This document shows positions 47,501-57,883 of a DNA stretch of 64,000 nucleotides, one piece after another. The notes beneath the pieces are model-generated. The model had not been told where the DNA came from. It saw nothing but the letters and a program-made list of their open reading frames with translations, and searched no databases. The stretch lies in contig JADJXA010000025.1 in the NCBI GenBank assembly GCA_016716065.1, positions 292,863 to 356,862 on the forward strand, in the 5' to 3' direction. A program made the position numbers and the translations under genes. Within the stretch, counting starts at the first letter, position 1. Every line of letters begins with the position of its first letter. This stretch comes from Candidatus Leptovillus gracilis (lineage in GTDB: Bacteria > Chloroflexota > Anaerolineae > Promineifilales > Promineifilaceae).

Positions 47501-50500
47501 TGAACCACTCCGATTTCAACCACCTCTGTAATGAAGTTCTCTCGCTGATTGAGTTGGAAGAGACCAAACTGCTTGGTTGGGGCTTTGTCAACATTCGCGT
47601 GGATTTACGCCGCGACTTGTTGGATATGTTGAGCAAGTTGCCGGCAACGGCCGTTGCCCTATGGAACAAAGCGCAACAAACCAACTATACCGAGCAAGAC
47701 ATTATCGAGAACCTAATCGAACGGCGTCTGTTATTTGAAGTGCCAGACGGCTACCGTAGCCGCTTTGCCGAAACGGTGCGCCTCCTATTTTTGCTCAGAC
47801 AACGCTTTTCTAACGATGATTGGCAAGTGGCGCCGCACTTGGTCAGCGATTTCAAGCTAAAACTGCAACCGCGCCGCTATCCCCGACGCAATATCACCCT
47901 TGAACAGCTTAGGGAGGCGCTAAAACCTCTTCGCCCCTCCCAATTATTCGAGGATAGCATTGCGACCTTGTTGCAAGGAACATCCACACAGTCTTTACAA
48001 CTATCACAATTTCAGCTTGACGCAATCATTCAGCAAATCCGCAACTTGCAAGCAAATAATGATCAAGCATTGGTAATTGGGGCAGGCACAGGAGCCGGTA
48101 AAACCAAAGCATTTTATCTGCCCGCTTTGGCTTATATCGCTGAAAACATTCAATCAGACTATGCTACAACACAAGTGCTGGCTCTCTATCCCCGAACGGA
48201 ACTGCTCAAAGACCAGTTGGCAGAAGCTTTTTCCGAAGCGCGTAAGCTCGATAGTTTGTTGAGCAAAGCCGGTAAGCGACAAATTAGCCTTGGCGCTTAT
48301 TATGGCGACACACCCTCAAGAGCCGCTGATTTCTCCAGCCCACACAAGCCGAATGGCTGGAAGCAGGCAGATGATTTACGAGGCTGGATTTGCCCTTATT
48401 TCACCTGCCCTAACGAGTTATGCAATCATGCAGAGATGATTTGGCTTCAACAAGACATAGATCGTGAAGCAGTGGCTAACAGGTCGAATACATTCGGTGA
48501 ACACACGCGCTTGCAATGTCGTAAAGAATGCGGCTTTGAAACAGATGCCGGTCAGCTTATGCTAACCCGCGAGCAGATGATAAAACACCCACCTGACATC
48601 TTGTTTACCACCACGGAGATGCTCAATCGTCGCTTGAGTCGTGTCGCGGAACATAGCCTGTTTGGAGTCAACGCCAACAATCCGCCGCGCCTCGTTTTAT
48701 TAGATGAAATTCATACCTATGAGGGGATTAGCGGCGCTCAAGTTGCCTACCTGCTACGTCGCTGGCGGCAGGCAAGAGGTACTCACGGGCCTCAGCGCAG
48801 TCTTTGTTTGGTCGGCTTATCGGCAACTTTGACGCAGGCGGAAACATTTTTTGCCAAATTGGTTGGACTGCCAGCAAGGAGTGTGCAATATATTGAGCCG
48901 CATGAAAACGACCTCATTACGGAGGGAATGGAGTACAACATTGTTTTGCGAGGTGATCCGGTCTCTGGCACAAGTTTGCTGTCAACATCGGTGCAAACGG
49001 CAATGCTCTTAGGTCGCGCATTGGACAATGGAGATAACCCTGTTTCGCAAGGGGCGTTTGGCTCTAAAACATTTGCTTTCACGGATAAGCTGGATGTCAT
49101 CAACCGCTGGTATTACATTCAGTATGACGCAGAATACAACAAGAGATTGAGCCGTTGGCGCAAATTGCCCGAACCGCCTGACAATCAAAGAAGAGAGAGA
49201 ATGGATTTAGGTCAGATATGGCCCATGTCGGAGCGAATCGGGCATGATCTAGAGGTTGCGCTTCGTCTGGGCAGGACAACTTCCCAAGATCGGGGTTTCA
49301 ACACGGATGCGGAGCTAGTGATTGCGACAAGTACCTTGGAGGTGGGTTTTAATGATCCAAACGTCGGCGCGGTAATCCAACACAAAGCGCCACGTAGTAT
49401 GGCTTCTTTTTTACAGCGGAAGGGGCGCGCTGGTCGTCAACGCGGGATGCGTCCGTGGCTGGCGTTGGTGGTTTCCGCTTACGGCCGTGATCGCTGGGCA
49501 TTTCAACACGCAGAAGAGGTCTTTGATCCCCGTTTAGCAACCATCCATCTGCCATTGGAAAATTACTACGTGCAAAAAATACAGGCGGCATTTGCTCTGT
49601 TAGACTGGTTGGCGCTTGTGTTGAAAAAACAAGGGTTTGACGCCGACGTGTGGAAGTCACTAAGCAGCGCCCCCTACAGCAGCTCCAGTTGGTTCAGCGG
49701 TCAGCGAAAGGCAATGGCAGCTATCCTGCGCGATTTGCTAAACGGCAAACGGTTGGAGGAATTCACCGCCTATTTAACGCAGGCTTTGGTACTGCAACAT
49801 GATGAAACGGCCGTTACCTCCATCCTCTGGGGCGAACCACGATCTCTCCTTTATCACGTCATCCCCACCATCTTGCGCCAGCTAGAGACAGATTGGCAAG
49901 CCATCAACAGGGGCAACCCTCAAAAGTGGGCCGACAACATTGCCGCCATGCCCTTACCCGCTTTTGTGCCATCAGCTCTTTTTAACGATCTGAATGTTCC
50001 AGAAGTACAAATCTTCGTTCCCACAGAGCGGTGGCAGAGTGATGAAACACGGGAAGAAATGTTGGGATTAGCTCAATCGCTTATAGAATTCGCGCCTGGT
50101 CGAGCGAATAAGCGCTTTGCTCTCACCCATCACGCCGATCTTGCTCACTGGTTGCAGATACCTGATCCTGCTCCCGATGCGCCTCATAATCTCAACATTC
50201 ATGCCCTCAAAGCAGAATTTGATCCAGTTCCATCATCAATCACGGTCTCCGATACGTCATACCTCGTCTATCGCCCGCGAGCGTATCATCTGAATGCTGT
50301 ACCGGACGATGTGCGGACGACCAGCTATAGCCAGTTGCAATGGCTGTCTCATTTTCAACCGCGATCAATCTCCACCAATGCCAACCAGTCAGCTTTGGCC
50401 GCCCAACGTCAGGCTCTTGCCGTTTTCTCGTCTAACTCCCAGTGGCAGCGCTTTTTTTACAAAGTTGAGTCATTCACACAATCCAGTGGCGAGTGGGTTG

Positions 50501-52095
50501 AAGTTGCCCGTTTAGCGGTAGGGGTTCAGGTAGATACGCGCTATAAAAACGGCTCTTCATCTCGTTACACGCTCCAGTTTAGCAATGGTCAGGGAATGCT
50601 TGCAGCAATTGGATTTAGCGTGGCCGCTGACGCGCTTAAATTCAGCTTTTACCCACTAGATGTTTCCGCGTTATTCGCGCATCCACGTTGGCCCACCCTC
50701 TACCAAAATCTATCGCCTCACTATTTTCTACACCTGTTACAACAGGATCAGCGGGTAAGTAACCTGAGTAGTTTTGAGATTGAGTGGCTATGGCAGATTG
50801 AACTATCTATGCTAACGACCGTTGCCATCTCCCGCTCCTGTTCTTTACCTGAAGCCGCGCAAGAAGTGCAAGAGAATCGCCACGCTCTAGCCAATCATGC
50901 CCTTAATATCATCTTTCAAAGTCAGGCTATAGACGAAATAGGCGATTCCATCATGACCGGCAAATTGCATAAGCAATTGCTGGATCATCAAGTAAATCCT
51001 GACGTTCAGGCCGCTTTATCCGCTGCGGCGACGGCGCTGTGGCACCCCAACCAACAGGATTTAGCAGAATGGCTGTCTGGCTGTTATGCCTCTTCATTGG
51101 GCGCAGTTTTGTTTACGGCCGTTATCCAACTATTGCCCGATATTGAACCAAACGACCTCCATATGGACATCGCCGGCGGTTGCATCTGGATTTCCGAAGC
51201 TATCACCGGCGGCGTTGGACTAATCTCTAAAATCGTTACCGCAATTACGCAACATCCACGCCAGTTTGAGTTACAGCTATTAGACACCCTCGCCCATTGT
51301 CGCCGGAGCCAGCTTGCCCAGCAATTACGCGCAGTTGTCCAGCTTATACAAGAACAAAACCCCGAATTAGAAGCTGTTTTCGCGCAAGTTCGCCAAGAAA
51401 GCGACCTGTCCAGTCTGACAAACGCACAAAAGAGATTAACGCATATCTTGGAAGCGCATGGCATTCCGCCCACACGCCAACTTTTTGTCGCCCTGAATAA
51501 TAAAATCCTACGGGCGAATTCCGATGCAGATACCGACAAACTGATCGCTGATCTGGCGCATCATTGGGAGGCTGAAGAGAATCGCTTGGGAATTGCCATA
51601 GACTTGCGTGTGATCGCTGTGGCCGGTTATCAAATTCCCACAATACAGGAGCAAGTCAAGAAAGTGCTCAACCGGATTGGCGGCGGTCAGCCCGTTCAAG
51701 ATGAGACCCAAGTTTTCAATTTGCTCCAATCATTGCTCTGGCTAAATTGTGTAGATAGTTGCCCCGATTGCATCCAGACATGGAACCCGTATCAACCCCA
51801 AATACGGCCGTCGCGTGATCTGCTCACGCTTTTACTGGCGCCATATGGGCAGACCATCCTATACGGTGACGCCTACTGGGAGAGCCAACTACAAAAAGCA
51901 TTGGTAGCAGAGTATCAGGCCGAACTCCTTTGTGAACAGGCAGAGTTAGCCGAATGTAAAATTGCTCTGTTGCACGCCTTGACGCAGCCCATTGATATAG
52001 GCTTTCAAAGTTTTTACCCTGTTATCGAAAGTATTAGACAAGATAAACAGCAATGGCGATTCCATCTAATCATCCGCGAATTGGTGGGAGAATAA
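47500..52095 (+). CDS. dpdJ: Large DEAD/DEAH-box helicase with a C-terminal DUF1998/MZB-like Cys motif (DpdJ-like; DrmA/B-like)
   Basis: IGAGTGAGKTKAF (motif I), LVLLDEIHTYEG (motif II), GLSATL, ATSTLEVGFNDPNVGAVIQH and QRKGRAGR (motif VI). C-terminal NCVDSCPDC. Confidence 0.7.
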   Translation: MNHSDFNHLCNEVLSLIELEETKLLGWGFVNIRVDLRRDLLDMLSKLPATAVALWNKAQQTNYTEQDIIENLIERRLLFEVPDGYRSRFAETVRLLFLLRQRFSNDDWQVAPHLVSDFKLKLQPRRYPRRNITLEQLREALKPLRPSQLFEDSIATLLQGTSTQSLQLSQFQLDAIIQQIRNLQANNDQALVIGAGTGAGKTKAFYLPALAYIAENIQSDYATTQVLALYPRTELLKDQLAEAFSEARKLDSLLSKAGKRQISLGAYYGDTPSRAADFSSPHKPNGWKQADDLRGWICPYFTCPNELCNHAEMIWLQQDIDREAVANRSNTFGEHTRLQCRKECGFETDAGQLMLTREQMIKHPPDILFTTTEMLNRRLSRVAEHSLFGVNANNPPRLVLLDEIHTYEGISGAQVAYLLRRWRQARGTHGPQRSLCLVGLSATLTQAETFFAKLVGLPARSVQYIEPHENDLITEGMEYNIVLRGDPVSGTSLLSTSVQTAMLLGRALDNGDNPVSQGAFGSKTFAFTDKLDVINRWYYIQYDAEYNKRLSRWRKLPEPPDNQRRERMDLGQIWPMSERIGHDLEVALRLGRTTSQDRGFNTDAELVIATSTLEVGFNDPNVGAVIQHKAPRSMASFLQRKGRAGRQRGMRPWLALVVSAYGRDRWAFQHAEEVFDPRLATIHLPLENYYVQKIQAAFALLDWLALVLKKQGFDADVWKSLSSAPYSSSSWFSGQRKAMAAILRDLLNGKRLEEFTAYLTQALVLQHDETAVTSILWGEPRSLLYHVIPTILRQLETDWQAINRGNPQKWADNIAAMPLPAFVPSALFNDLNVPEVQIFVPTERWQSDETREEMLGLAQSLIEFAPGRANKRFALTHHADLAHWLQIPDPAPDAPHNLNIHALKAEFDPVPSSITVSDTSYLVYRPRAYHLNAVPDDVRTTSYSQLQWLSHFQPRSISTNANQSALAAQRQALAVFSSNSQWQRFFYKVESFTQSSGEWVEVARLAVGVQVDTRYKNGSSSRYTLQFSNGQGMLAAIGFSVAADALKFSFYPLDVSALFAHPRWPTLYQNLSPHYFLHLLQQDQRVSNLSSFEIEWLWQIELSMLTTVAISRSCSLPEAAQEVQENRHALANHALNIIFQSQAIDEIGDSIMTGKLHKQLLDHQVNPDVQAALSAAATALWHPNQQDLAEWLSGCYASSLGAVLFTAVIQLLPDIEPNDLHMDIAGGCIWISEAITGGVGLISKIVTAITQHPRQFELQLLDTLAHCRRSQLAQQLRAVVQLIQEQNPELEAVFAQVRQESDLSSLTNAQKRLTHILEAHGIPPTRQLFVALNNKILRANSDADTDKLIADLAHHWEAEENRLGIAIDLRVIAVAGYQIPTIQEQVKKVLNRIGGGQPVQDETQVFNLLQSLLWLNCVDSCPDCIQTWNPYQPQIRPSRDLLTLLLAPYGQTILYGDAYWESQLQKALVAEYQAELLCEQAELAECKIALLHALTQPIDIGFQSFYPVIESIRQDKQQWRFHLIIRELVGE

Positions 52096-52099
52096 ATCA

Positions 52100-52609
52100 A
52101 TGTCTAATCGCATGATCAAATCAGCCACCCGCAAAAATTCTTTACAGCTAACCGATTGCCTCAGCTCACTGTTTATGCTGGAATTGGCGCTGCCCAGCCA
52201 ACAGTTTTATTTGTTCTCGCCATGGATAAGTGATGTCGCTCTAGTAGATAACCGCTTTGGCCAAGTCAGGTCAATTGTCCCTAACCTTGAAGAGCGTCAA
52301 TTACCCCTCTCTACGCTGCTAAACGCAATGGCTTCGCGGGGAACGGCCGTTTACATTGTTTGCCGCCCCTCTTACGAGCGAACAGAAACGTTTTTGCGAA
52401 AATTATTGGTAGATATTCAGGTCAGGCAGGTGGAAACTCTGCACGAAAAAGGATTAATCACCGATCATTTTTATCTGCGCGGCTCCATGAACTTCACCTA
52501 TTCAGGTATTCACATCAACGATGAACATATCGAGCTAACCACAGACACAGAACAGGTTGCTCGCGCCTTGTTGGAAGCGCGACACCGATGGGAAACTCTT
52601 GGAAAATGA
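52100..52609 (+). CDS. dpdK: Phospholipase-D-family (HKD) nuclease (DpdK-like)
   Basis: HKD motif LHEKGLITDHFYLRGSMNF (HxKxxxxD...GSxN) in a 169-aa protein. Confidence 0.75.
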   Translation: MSNRMIKSATRKNSLQLTDCLSSLFMLELALPSQQFYLFSPWISDVALVDNRFGQVRSIVPNLEERQLPLSTLLNAMASRGTAVYIVCRPSYERTETFLRKLLVDIQVRQVETLHEKGLITDHFYLRGSMNFTYSGIHINDEHIELTTDTEQVARALLEARHRWETLGK

Positions 52610-54351
52610 CCACTGTAACCTTTGCCAACCCTGATCAATACGCCTTTGCTCAGGAGTTTGTCCGTCCTCTTGTTAATCAGGGCATTCGCGCCATGGGCGA
52701 TCCTCATCAGCTAACGCTGACCACAGATCACGCCGCCGTTAACCTGCTGTTTCAGCGTCTGGCGAAAACAAATGCCGCCATATTGCCTTACTTGGGAAAT
52801 CGTTCGGATCAATGGTTGCTAGTTGGGCAAGACCGTCGCGCCCTGGATGAAATGTTGGCGCGTGTGACCGCCTTTGTCATTCCTTCTTACGCTGAATTTG
52901 GCGATGGGGCACGCTTTGCCGAACTTTCTCTCTTTGACCCGCAAAAGAACATACTGAACCAATTGGGAGCGCAACTGTACAATCTTGGTTACTACAAGTG
53001 GGAGTCGTCCCCGAGGTACCGCGAAACAATTCTTGCCCGGCTATCACTGTGGCTCAAGTTGGAAGAAATCGAACCGTCCCTTGAACTGCCTCCTCAGTAT
53101 GGGTACCGGGACCTGTATCAACTATTTACGCAAGCATTGAGTGTTAAAAACTGGCCGACGGCCGCAAATGTTTTGTCTGAGATGCGCCGGCTCAATCTGA
53201 CAACCGCCGAAAACCTGCAATTCTTGCATGTTCAATGGTTAGCTGAACAACAAAGATGGCAAGACATTTGGGATGATCCAGATTTTGCAATGCTCGCCAG
53301 GTTAAGAATGCCCCGCGATGTACGGTCGGCCATGTTGACCACTTTCCATCATGTGAACCTGCTGGCTTTAGAACGAGCGGGGCAATGGGAAACGGCCGTT
53401 GCCATCTTCCAAGAGATGCAAGGGCGTTTAGGTACATTACTGGTAGGACGATTTGGCGTTGCGCAAGCTCCCGTTCTGCGCGTTTTTGGTTATCAGGCAC
53501 TACTCAACAACGATGCCACCACATTAGAAAGTCTCCTAGCTGAGGCTTCAGATTTAGAGACGATTCACTGCCTCAACCAGTTAAAAAGCCGGCTGACCCC
53601 ATCAGACGCCAAAACGAAAGTTCTCACTCAAGACCCCTTACAACAAGCCATCCTGGCTTTAAAAGCAAATGATTACGACACCGTTATTCAAGCAATAAAA
53701 GCTATTGACGACATAACCGCCCGGGTTTTGTTGGCTATTGAAATCGCCTATCACAGCCGTGATGATCTGCTAATACAAGAAGCATGGACTATTTACCAGA
53801 GCCTTTCCCCAGAGCAGAAACAAGCGCTCATGGTCAACGGCCGTTATGTGGGTATTTACCTCGATTTCTTGCGGGAAAGTAGTACCGATCAACCAAAATC
53901 CATATGGGCCACAGAAGTAAAGAAAGCACGGGACGCCGCCTGGGATGGCGTGTGTGAAGTTGAATATTATCTGAGGCGTTTGGTTGAAGACCGGTATGCC
54001 AAGAAATTTGGAGATGTCTGGGAGTCTCGCGTTAACCCTGAATTACGCGAGAGATGGGCAGGCACACAAACTAAAGACGAAAAAACCTTCGCCCGCTATG
54101 GAATGCGAAAATCTTCACTGTTGGACTACACTTACATGGGTGATTTGGTCGGGTTAATCAACAATCAGTGGCCACTCTTTGAAGATATTTTGGGCGCAGG
54201 CAAGGCAGCCAAACAAGAGTTTACACGGGTGACAGAAGCGGTAATTCGTGTCCGAAACCCTCTGGCGCACAACAGGGATGTGCCTCTCAATGAATTACGC
54301 CGGGCTGATGTTTACTGTGCTGATTTGCTAATGCTTCTCAGGGGGCCATGA
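52606..54351 (+). CDS. Helical-repeat protein with a C-terminal Swt1-like HEPN domain
   Basis: The C-terminus carries YYLRRLVEDRY...MGDLVGLINNQW...EAVIRVRNPLAHNRDVPLNEL. The RNPLAH segment is the Rx4H HEPN motif. ATGA overlap with the dpdK stop. The ORF is open from 52588. Confidence 0.65.
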   Translation: MTTVTFANPDQYAFAQEFVRPLVNQGIRAMGDPHQLTLTTDHAAVNLLFQRLAKTNAAILPYLGNRSDQWLLVGQDRRALDEMLARVTAFVIPSYAEFGDGARFAELSLFDPQKNILNQLGAQLYNLGYYKWESSPRYRETILARLSLWLKLEEIEPSLELPPQYGYRDLYQLFTQALSVKNWPTAANVLSEMRRLNLTTAENLQFLHVQWLAEQQRWQDIWDDPDFAMLARLRMPRDVRSAMLTTFHHVNLLALERAGQWETAVAIFQEMQGRLGTLLVGRFGVAQAPVLRVFGYQALLNNDATTLESLLAEASDLETIHCLNQLKSRLTPSDAKTKVLTQDPLQQAILALKANDYDTVIQAIKAIDDITARVLLAIEIAYHSRDDLLIQEAWTIYQSLSPEQKQALMVNGRYVGIYLDFLRESSTDQPKSIWATEVKKARDAAWDGVCEVEYYLRRLVEDRYAKKFGDVWESRVNPELRERWAGTQTKDEKTFARYGMRKSSLLDYTYMGDLVGLINNQWPLFEDILGAGKAAKQEFTRVTEAVIRVRNPLAHNRDVPLNELRRADVYCADLLMLLRGP

Positions 54352-54386
54352 TTTCCTATTTGGGCAAAATCTTAAATAATAGTCGT

Positions 54387-54581
54387 CTACTCAAACGGCC
54401 GTACCATCTCAATCTCATACACTTCCGCTAAAGAAACGTCTATCTCATCCAGTGCCTTCTGAACATCGCGTGTTATCAACGCCACTGTATCGGGCGCCAA
54501 TGTCACGTCAACTTCCTGCCCCTCCATTAACTCAAGCACGACGTGCAAAACCTTGTCTGGATTTGTATCAGCCTGTTTCAT
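54387..54581 (-). CDS. Small acidic protein (64 aa)
   Basis: Acidic sequence. ATGA overlap with the stop of the 852-aa ATPase gene indicates translational coupling. Confidence 0.45.
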   Translation of the reverse strand: MKQADTNPDKVLHVVLELMEGQEVDVTLAPDTVALITRDVQKALDEIDVSLAEVYEIEMVRPFE

Positions 54582-56935
54582 GTTTCTCGCTCCTTGTAAG
54601 ATCCTTCTTCTGTTTCAACCAGATGCAGACGTAAGGCGGTGTACACATCAGGCACTAACATCCGTATCTCTTCCTGTACTTCAGGAGACACTTCCGTCAA
54701 AGCCACGCTCTCACCACGTCGCCAGGCATCAACCACCCGACTTGTGCGATCTGATAAGGTTGTAGACCCCGCCTGTTCACATTGCTCGATATAACGCTGG
54801 ACCTGGCTCAATACGTTGGCTAACGGCCGTCCCTCCAGCAAATAATCCTTGTCTATTTCTGACACATCCATCTGGGCCAATCTGGAAAACCACGTCTCAT
54901 AAGGTACGTCTTTCAACAATTGCCCAATGAGAACACTATCGTAAAACCCCTGACGCAACTCGAAAAAATCATCGAACAGAAACTGAAATGCCTGCCAGCT
55001 CCTGTCACTGATTTGTTCATGCCGCCACCGATAACGCTGATGCGTGTCATTGACCCAACACCAGAAATCAGCAGGAAAACCTGGTAAACGGTAGGCTCCT
55101 TCGCCTTTGACAACCAGGGCAAATGTTTGCAATACTAACGCCAGCAGCTCCACCTTCATACCCAACTGAGTCTCAAGATCAAGCCTTACACGTTGGCGAT
55201 AGTTGTCTGCTGTCATTTGCAAAGAGACAAGCTCTTTGGCCGTCGCCAATTGTTCTTGTAACTTTTTCGTTTCACTGCCGGTCGCTGTTCCGTACCGGCA
55301 TAAGTCGAAAGCTATCATGCCAATATCGCGCGTTAGCGCGATGCCATCCTGTGCTTCATCTACTCCTTCCAGATAAATGGGCAGGCGCACATCCAGATAC
55401 GTTTTGCGCCAGCGTAGCGCGCCACGCGGCTTGGCTACATGCTCCCGATATATCCAGTCAATGGGCTGCACAGTGCGCAGCCAACGTGCCGCACCCTGAC
55501 GCAAGGACCGCAGCATCTGCCGGTTGACCGACTTGCCCAGAAGCCAGTCTCTAACAACCATCTGGCTTTCGTCCTCAATGATCAGGCTGCTCGTTGCTTC
55601 GCGGGGCTGGTAAAAACGAATGAGAGGCTCAACGGGAATTGCCCTTTGTTCTGCGGTAATGGCGAAGGCCAGCAGCAGAGTTCCCGGCAGAGCAATCAGA
55701 TTATCACTGTCTGGCTCCAACAAAGGTCCGTAAAACTCGCACAAACGCGCCAGACGACTGTCTTCCACTCTGGCGATATATTCCGGCCGAGCGAAATCTA
55801 CCAGCACATCCAACGGGTCTTCACCCGTGGTAGTGCGCCGCAATATCTCGTGCAGATACCGAACAAAATACCGTACTTTCCCTTTACCCGCAGGCAAAGC
55901 GCGGTAAATGCGCACCAGCGCTTCCCGCGTGAATGGGAAATAGGGCAGGCCCGGTACAGTGTTGTCATTCATCTCTGTCAGATAGCGAGATGCAAACTCA
56001 TCACAGTTTGCTTCGGTTAAGACGTAAGACTCCTTGCCCGTTTCATCTGACAACCACATTTTCCCGACACGGTCATCTATCGTGTCCAGATGGCTGATGC
56101 GCTGCAACAATCCGCGGCCGCGCAAGCTATCTTCAAACGCGGCTGGCGTTAGCCCTAAAACAACGTCCCAGTTACCTGCTTCCAACGTCAGGAGGTAATC
56201 CAGTAGATCAGTGGCAAAGATATTAAGGGATTGCACCAAATCGTCCACCAGCAAAAGAGGCCGCTGTCCCTGTTCTGCCTGACAATGATACGAAATACGC
56301 TGCATCGTTTCAGCCAGCGATAGACCTTCCAGCAGATGGTCACGAAAAGCGGTGGTCAATTGATGACGGAACTGTTCGTAAGCTACCGGAACGGGCAGGG
56401 ATGTTTCTCGAAGAATAGCCGACCAGGTTTCCTGACCAATCAGCTCCACGCCCATAGACTCGTCTATATCTCCTGGTTCAAACGCCAGGATTCTGTCTAC
56501 GTGTGGTTGCAGCGCATTCAGCAAGCGGTAGAAAAGAGCGTTGATCAGGTCATCCGAATCGAGAAGGTTCTCCAGAGCGAACAAGAGAATCATTTTAGTG
56601 ACCGTGCGCGATTTCTGCCGAGCGGCACTCCAGCGCTGTGTCGTCGTTTCGTTGAGAAACTGATTGGGCAACAAAGTCAGGAAACGATTGACGATGCTAA
56701 GAACATCTAGCTCATGGCGCGAAATACGCACCATTACCTGGCCCCGCTGCGGTTCTTCCTGGAGGATGCGCGTCTCTAGCCATTTAATCAGCTCCGATTT
56801 TCCCGATCCCGGGGCGCCGTACAACACCCAGATGCGGTTGCCCAAACCATTCTGTTGCCCCAGAACACGCCGCAGTAACGCATCCTCTGTCAACATTTCG
56901 AGATGGCCGTTAGGCTGATAGCTGCGCATGGTCAT
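54578..56935 (-). CDS. Large P-loop NTPase (unknown family; Walker A context resembles the DpdH-position protein)
   Basis: Walker A IWVLYGAPGSGKSELIKWLE and Walker B RPLLLVDDLV, followed by a long helical C-terminus. The ORF is open up to 57136, but that would overlap the upstream gene by 118 nt. MTMRSYQ at 56935 is chosen; the start is uncertain. Confidence 0.6.
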   Translation of the reverse strand: MTMRSYQPNGHLEMLTEDALLRRVLGQQNGLGNRIWVLYGAPGSGKSELIKWLETRILQEEPQRGQVMVRISRHELDVLSIVNRFLTLLPNQFLNETTTQRWSAARQKSRTVTKMILLFALENLLDSDDLINALFYRLLNALQPHVDRILAFEPGDIDESMGVELIGQETWSAILRETSLPVPVAYEQFRHQLTTAFRDHLLEGLSLAETMQRISYHCQAEQGQRPLLLVDDLVQSLNIFATDLLDYLLTLEAGNWDVVLGLTPAAFEDSLRGRGLLQRISHLDTIDDRVGKMWLSDETGKESYVLTEANCDEFASRYLTEMNDNTVPGLPYFPFTREALVRIYRALPAGKGKVRYFVRYLHEILRRTTTGEDPLDVLVDFARPEYIARVEDSRLARLCEFYGPLLEPDSDNLIALPGTLLLAFAITAEQRAIPVEPLIRFYQPREATSSLIIEDESQMVVRDWLLGKSVNRQMLRSLRQGAARWLRTVQPIDWIYREHVAKPRGALRWRKTYLDVRLPIYLEGVDEAQDGIALTRDIGMIAFDLCRYGTATGSETKKLQEQLATAKELVSLQMTADNYRQRVRLDLETQLGMKVELLALVLQTFALVVKGEGAYRLPGFPADFWCWVNDTHQRYRWRHEQISDRSWQAFQFLFDDFFELRQGFYDSVLIGQLLKDVPYETWFSRLAQMDVSEIDKDYLLEGRPLANVLSQVQRYIEQCEQAGSTTLSDRTSRVVDAWRRGESVALTEVSPEVQEEIRMLVPDVYTALRLHLVETEEGSYKERET

Positions 56936-57018
56936 GGGATAGTGGGTGCGCAAAAAGAGATCGGCGCCCAATAAATACCGTTGGTCGGCAGTGGGCGCAA
57001 AGATAGATAGGTTACTAC

Positions 57019-57789
57019 TCAAGCCCCACCCCCGTTGCAAAGAAGATAACGTAACCGCTGTTCCGCGAAATAGGGCTTGTTGGGTGCATCCTGATAAGGG
57101 CGCATTAAGATGTTTCGCTGCTGATGTAAGTACCACAACGGCTGACCAACTGCGTGCGCCAGGTTGCCGGTTTGTGTCTGGTGGGGTAAATAGCCCGCCA
57201 GGTGCTCTTCCAAAAAGTCCTGGATAAACCCCTCGCGTCTATCCCACACGACGAGAATTTCTTGTAACAGGGTGGGGGAATAAACGCATTGAAACCCATC
57301 GCCGATGCGTCGCCCTATACCCAGGTAAGCCATTACTCGTTTCCAGGAACGGATTTTTTCCTGACTGAGACCGCCTAACTCAGCGACAGGTCGCAACTTG
57401 TTCGCCTCGGTGTGAACGTCACTCACGTACAGATGATTCGGTTTGATAAAAAGCTCTTGTAGCAGCAGCAAGTACAACGAATCTAATTCGTGGTTAGGCG
57501 TGATTTTTCGACTGGCAAGCGCCTGCAAACGAGCAATCACGGTTAACCGGAAGGAGGTTGTTGGCCTTTCCGGTTCCCCCAGACAAAACCCATCGCGGTC
57601 TTCGATCAGAAAAGCGGCGACGAGAAAGGAGAGAGCGTCGTCAATGCTTTGGGGTGAAACAGCTCGCTTGTCTTTATAGTCTGGAAGACAGGCCTGATAA
57701 ATCGCCTGGCGCGAGACCGGCTTCGTATTCTGAGCCACAAAGGTGTAGACGACTTCCAGTTCTGGACCGGATACAGGACGAAATAGCAT
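57019..57789 (-). CDS. Hypothetical protein with an N-terminal wHTH-like segment
   Basis: LEVVYTFVAQNTKPVSRQAIYQACL...SIDDALSFLVAAFLIE looks like a winged helix. It is the first gene of the minus-strand three-gene operon, divergent from the short TGT-like gene. Confidence 0.5.
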   Translation of the reverse strand: MLFRPVSGPELEVVYTFVAQNTKPVSRQAIYQACLPDYKDKRAVSPQSIDDALSFLVAAFLIEDRDGFCLGEPERPTTSFRLTVIARLQALASRKITPNHELDSLYLLLLQELFIKPNHLYVSDVHTEANKLRPVAELGGLSQEKIRSWKRVMAYLGIGRRIGDGFQCVYSPTLLQEILVVWDRREGFIQDFLEEHLAGYLPHQTQTGNLAHAVGQPLWYLHQQRNILMRPYQDAPNKPYFAEQRLRYLLCNGGGA

Positions 57790-57812
57790 GATCTCTCCAG
57801 GTTAGCGAACCA

Positions 57813-57841
57813 TTGACGCAGATCGCTACGTGTGCTAGTTT
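57813..57841 (+). promoter_or_regulatory. Sigma70-like promoter for the TGT-like/queC unit
   Basis: ttgacg (57813-57818)-17 nt ending in tgc-tagttt (57836-57841), 40 nt upstream of the ATG at 57884. Confidence 0.35.
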
Positions 57842-57883
57842 ACACAGTGGTTAACGTGTTCGCAATAAAGAACAAGATGTGAC

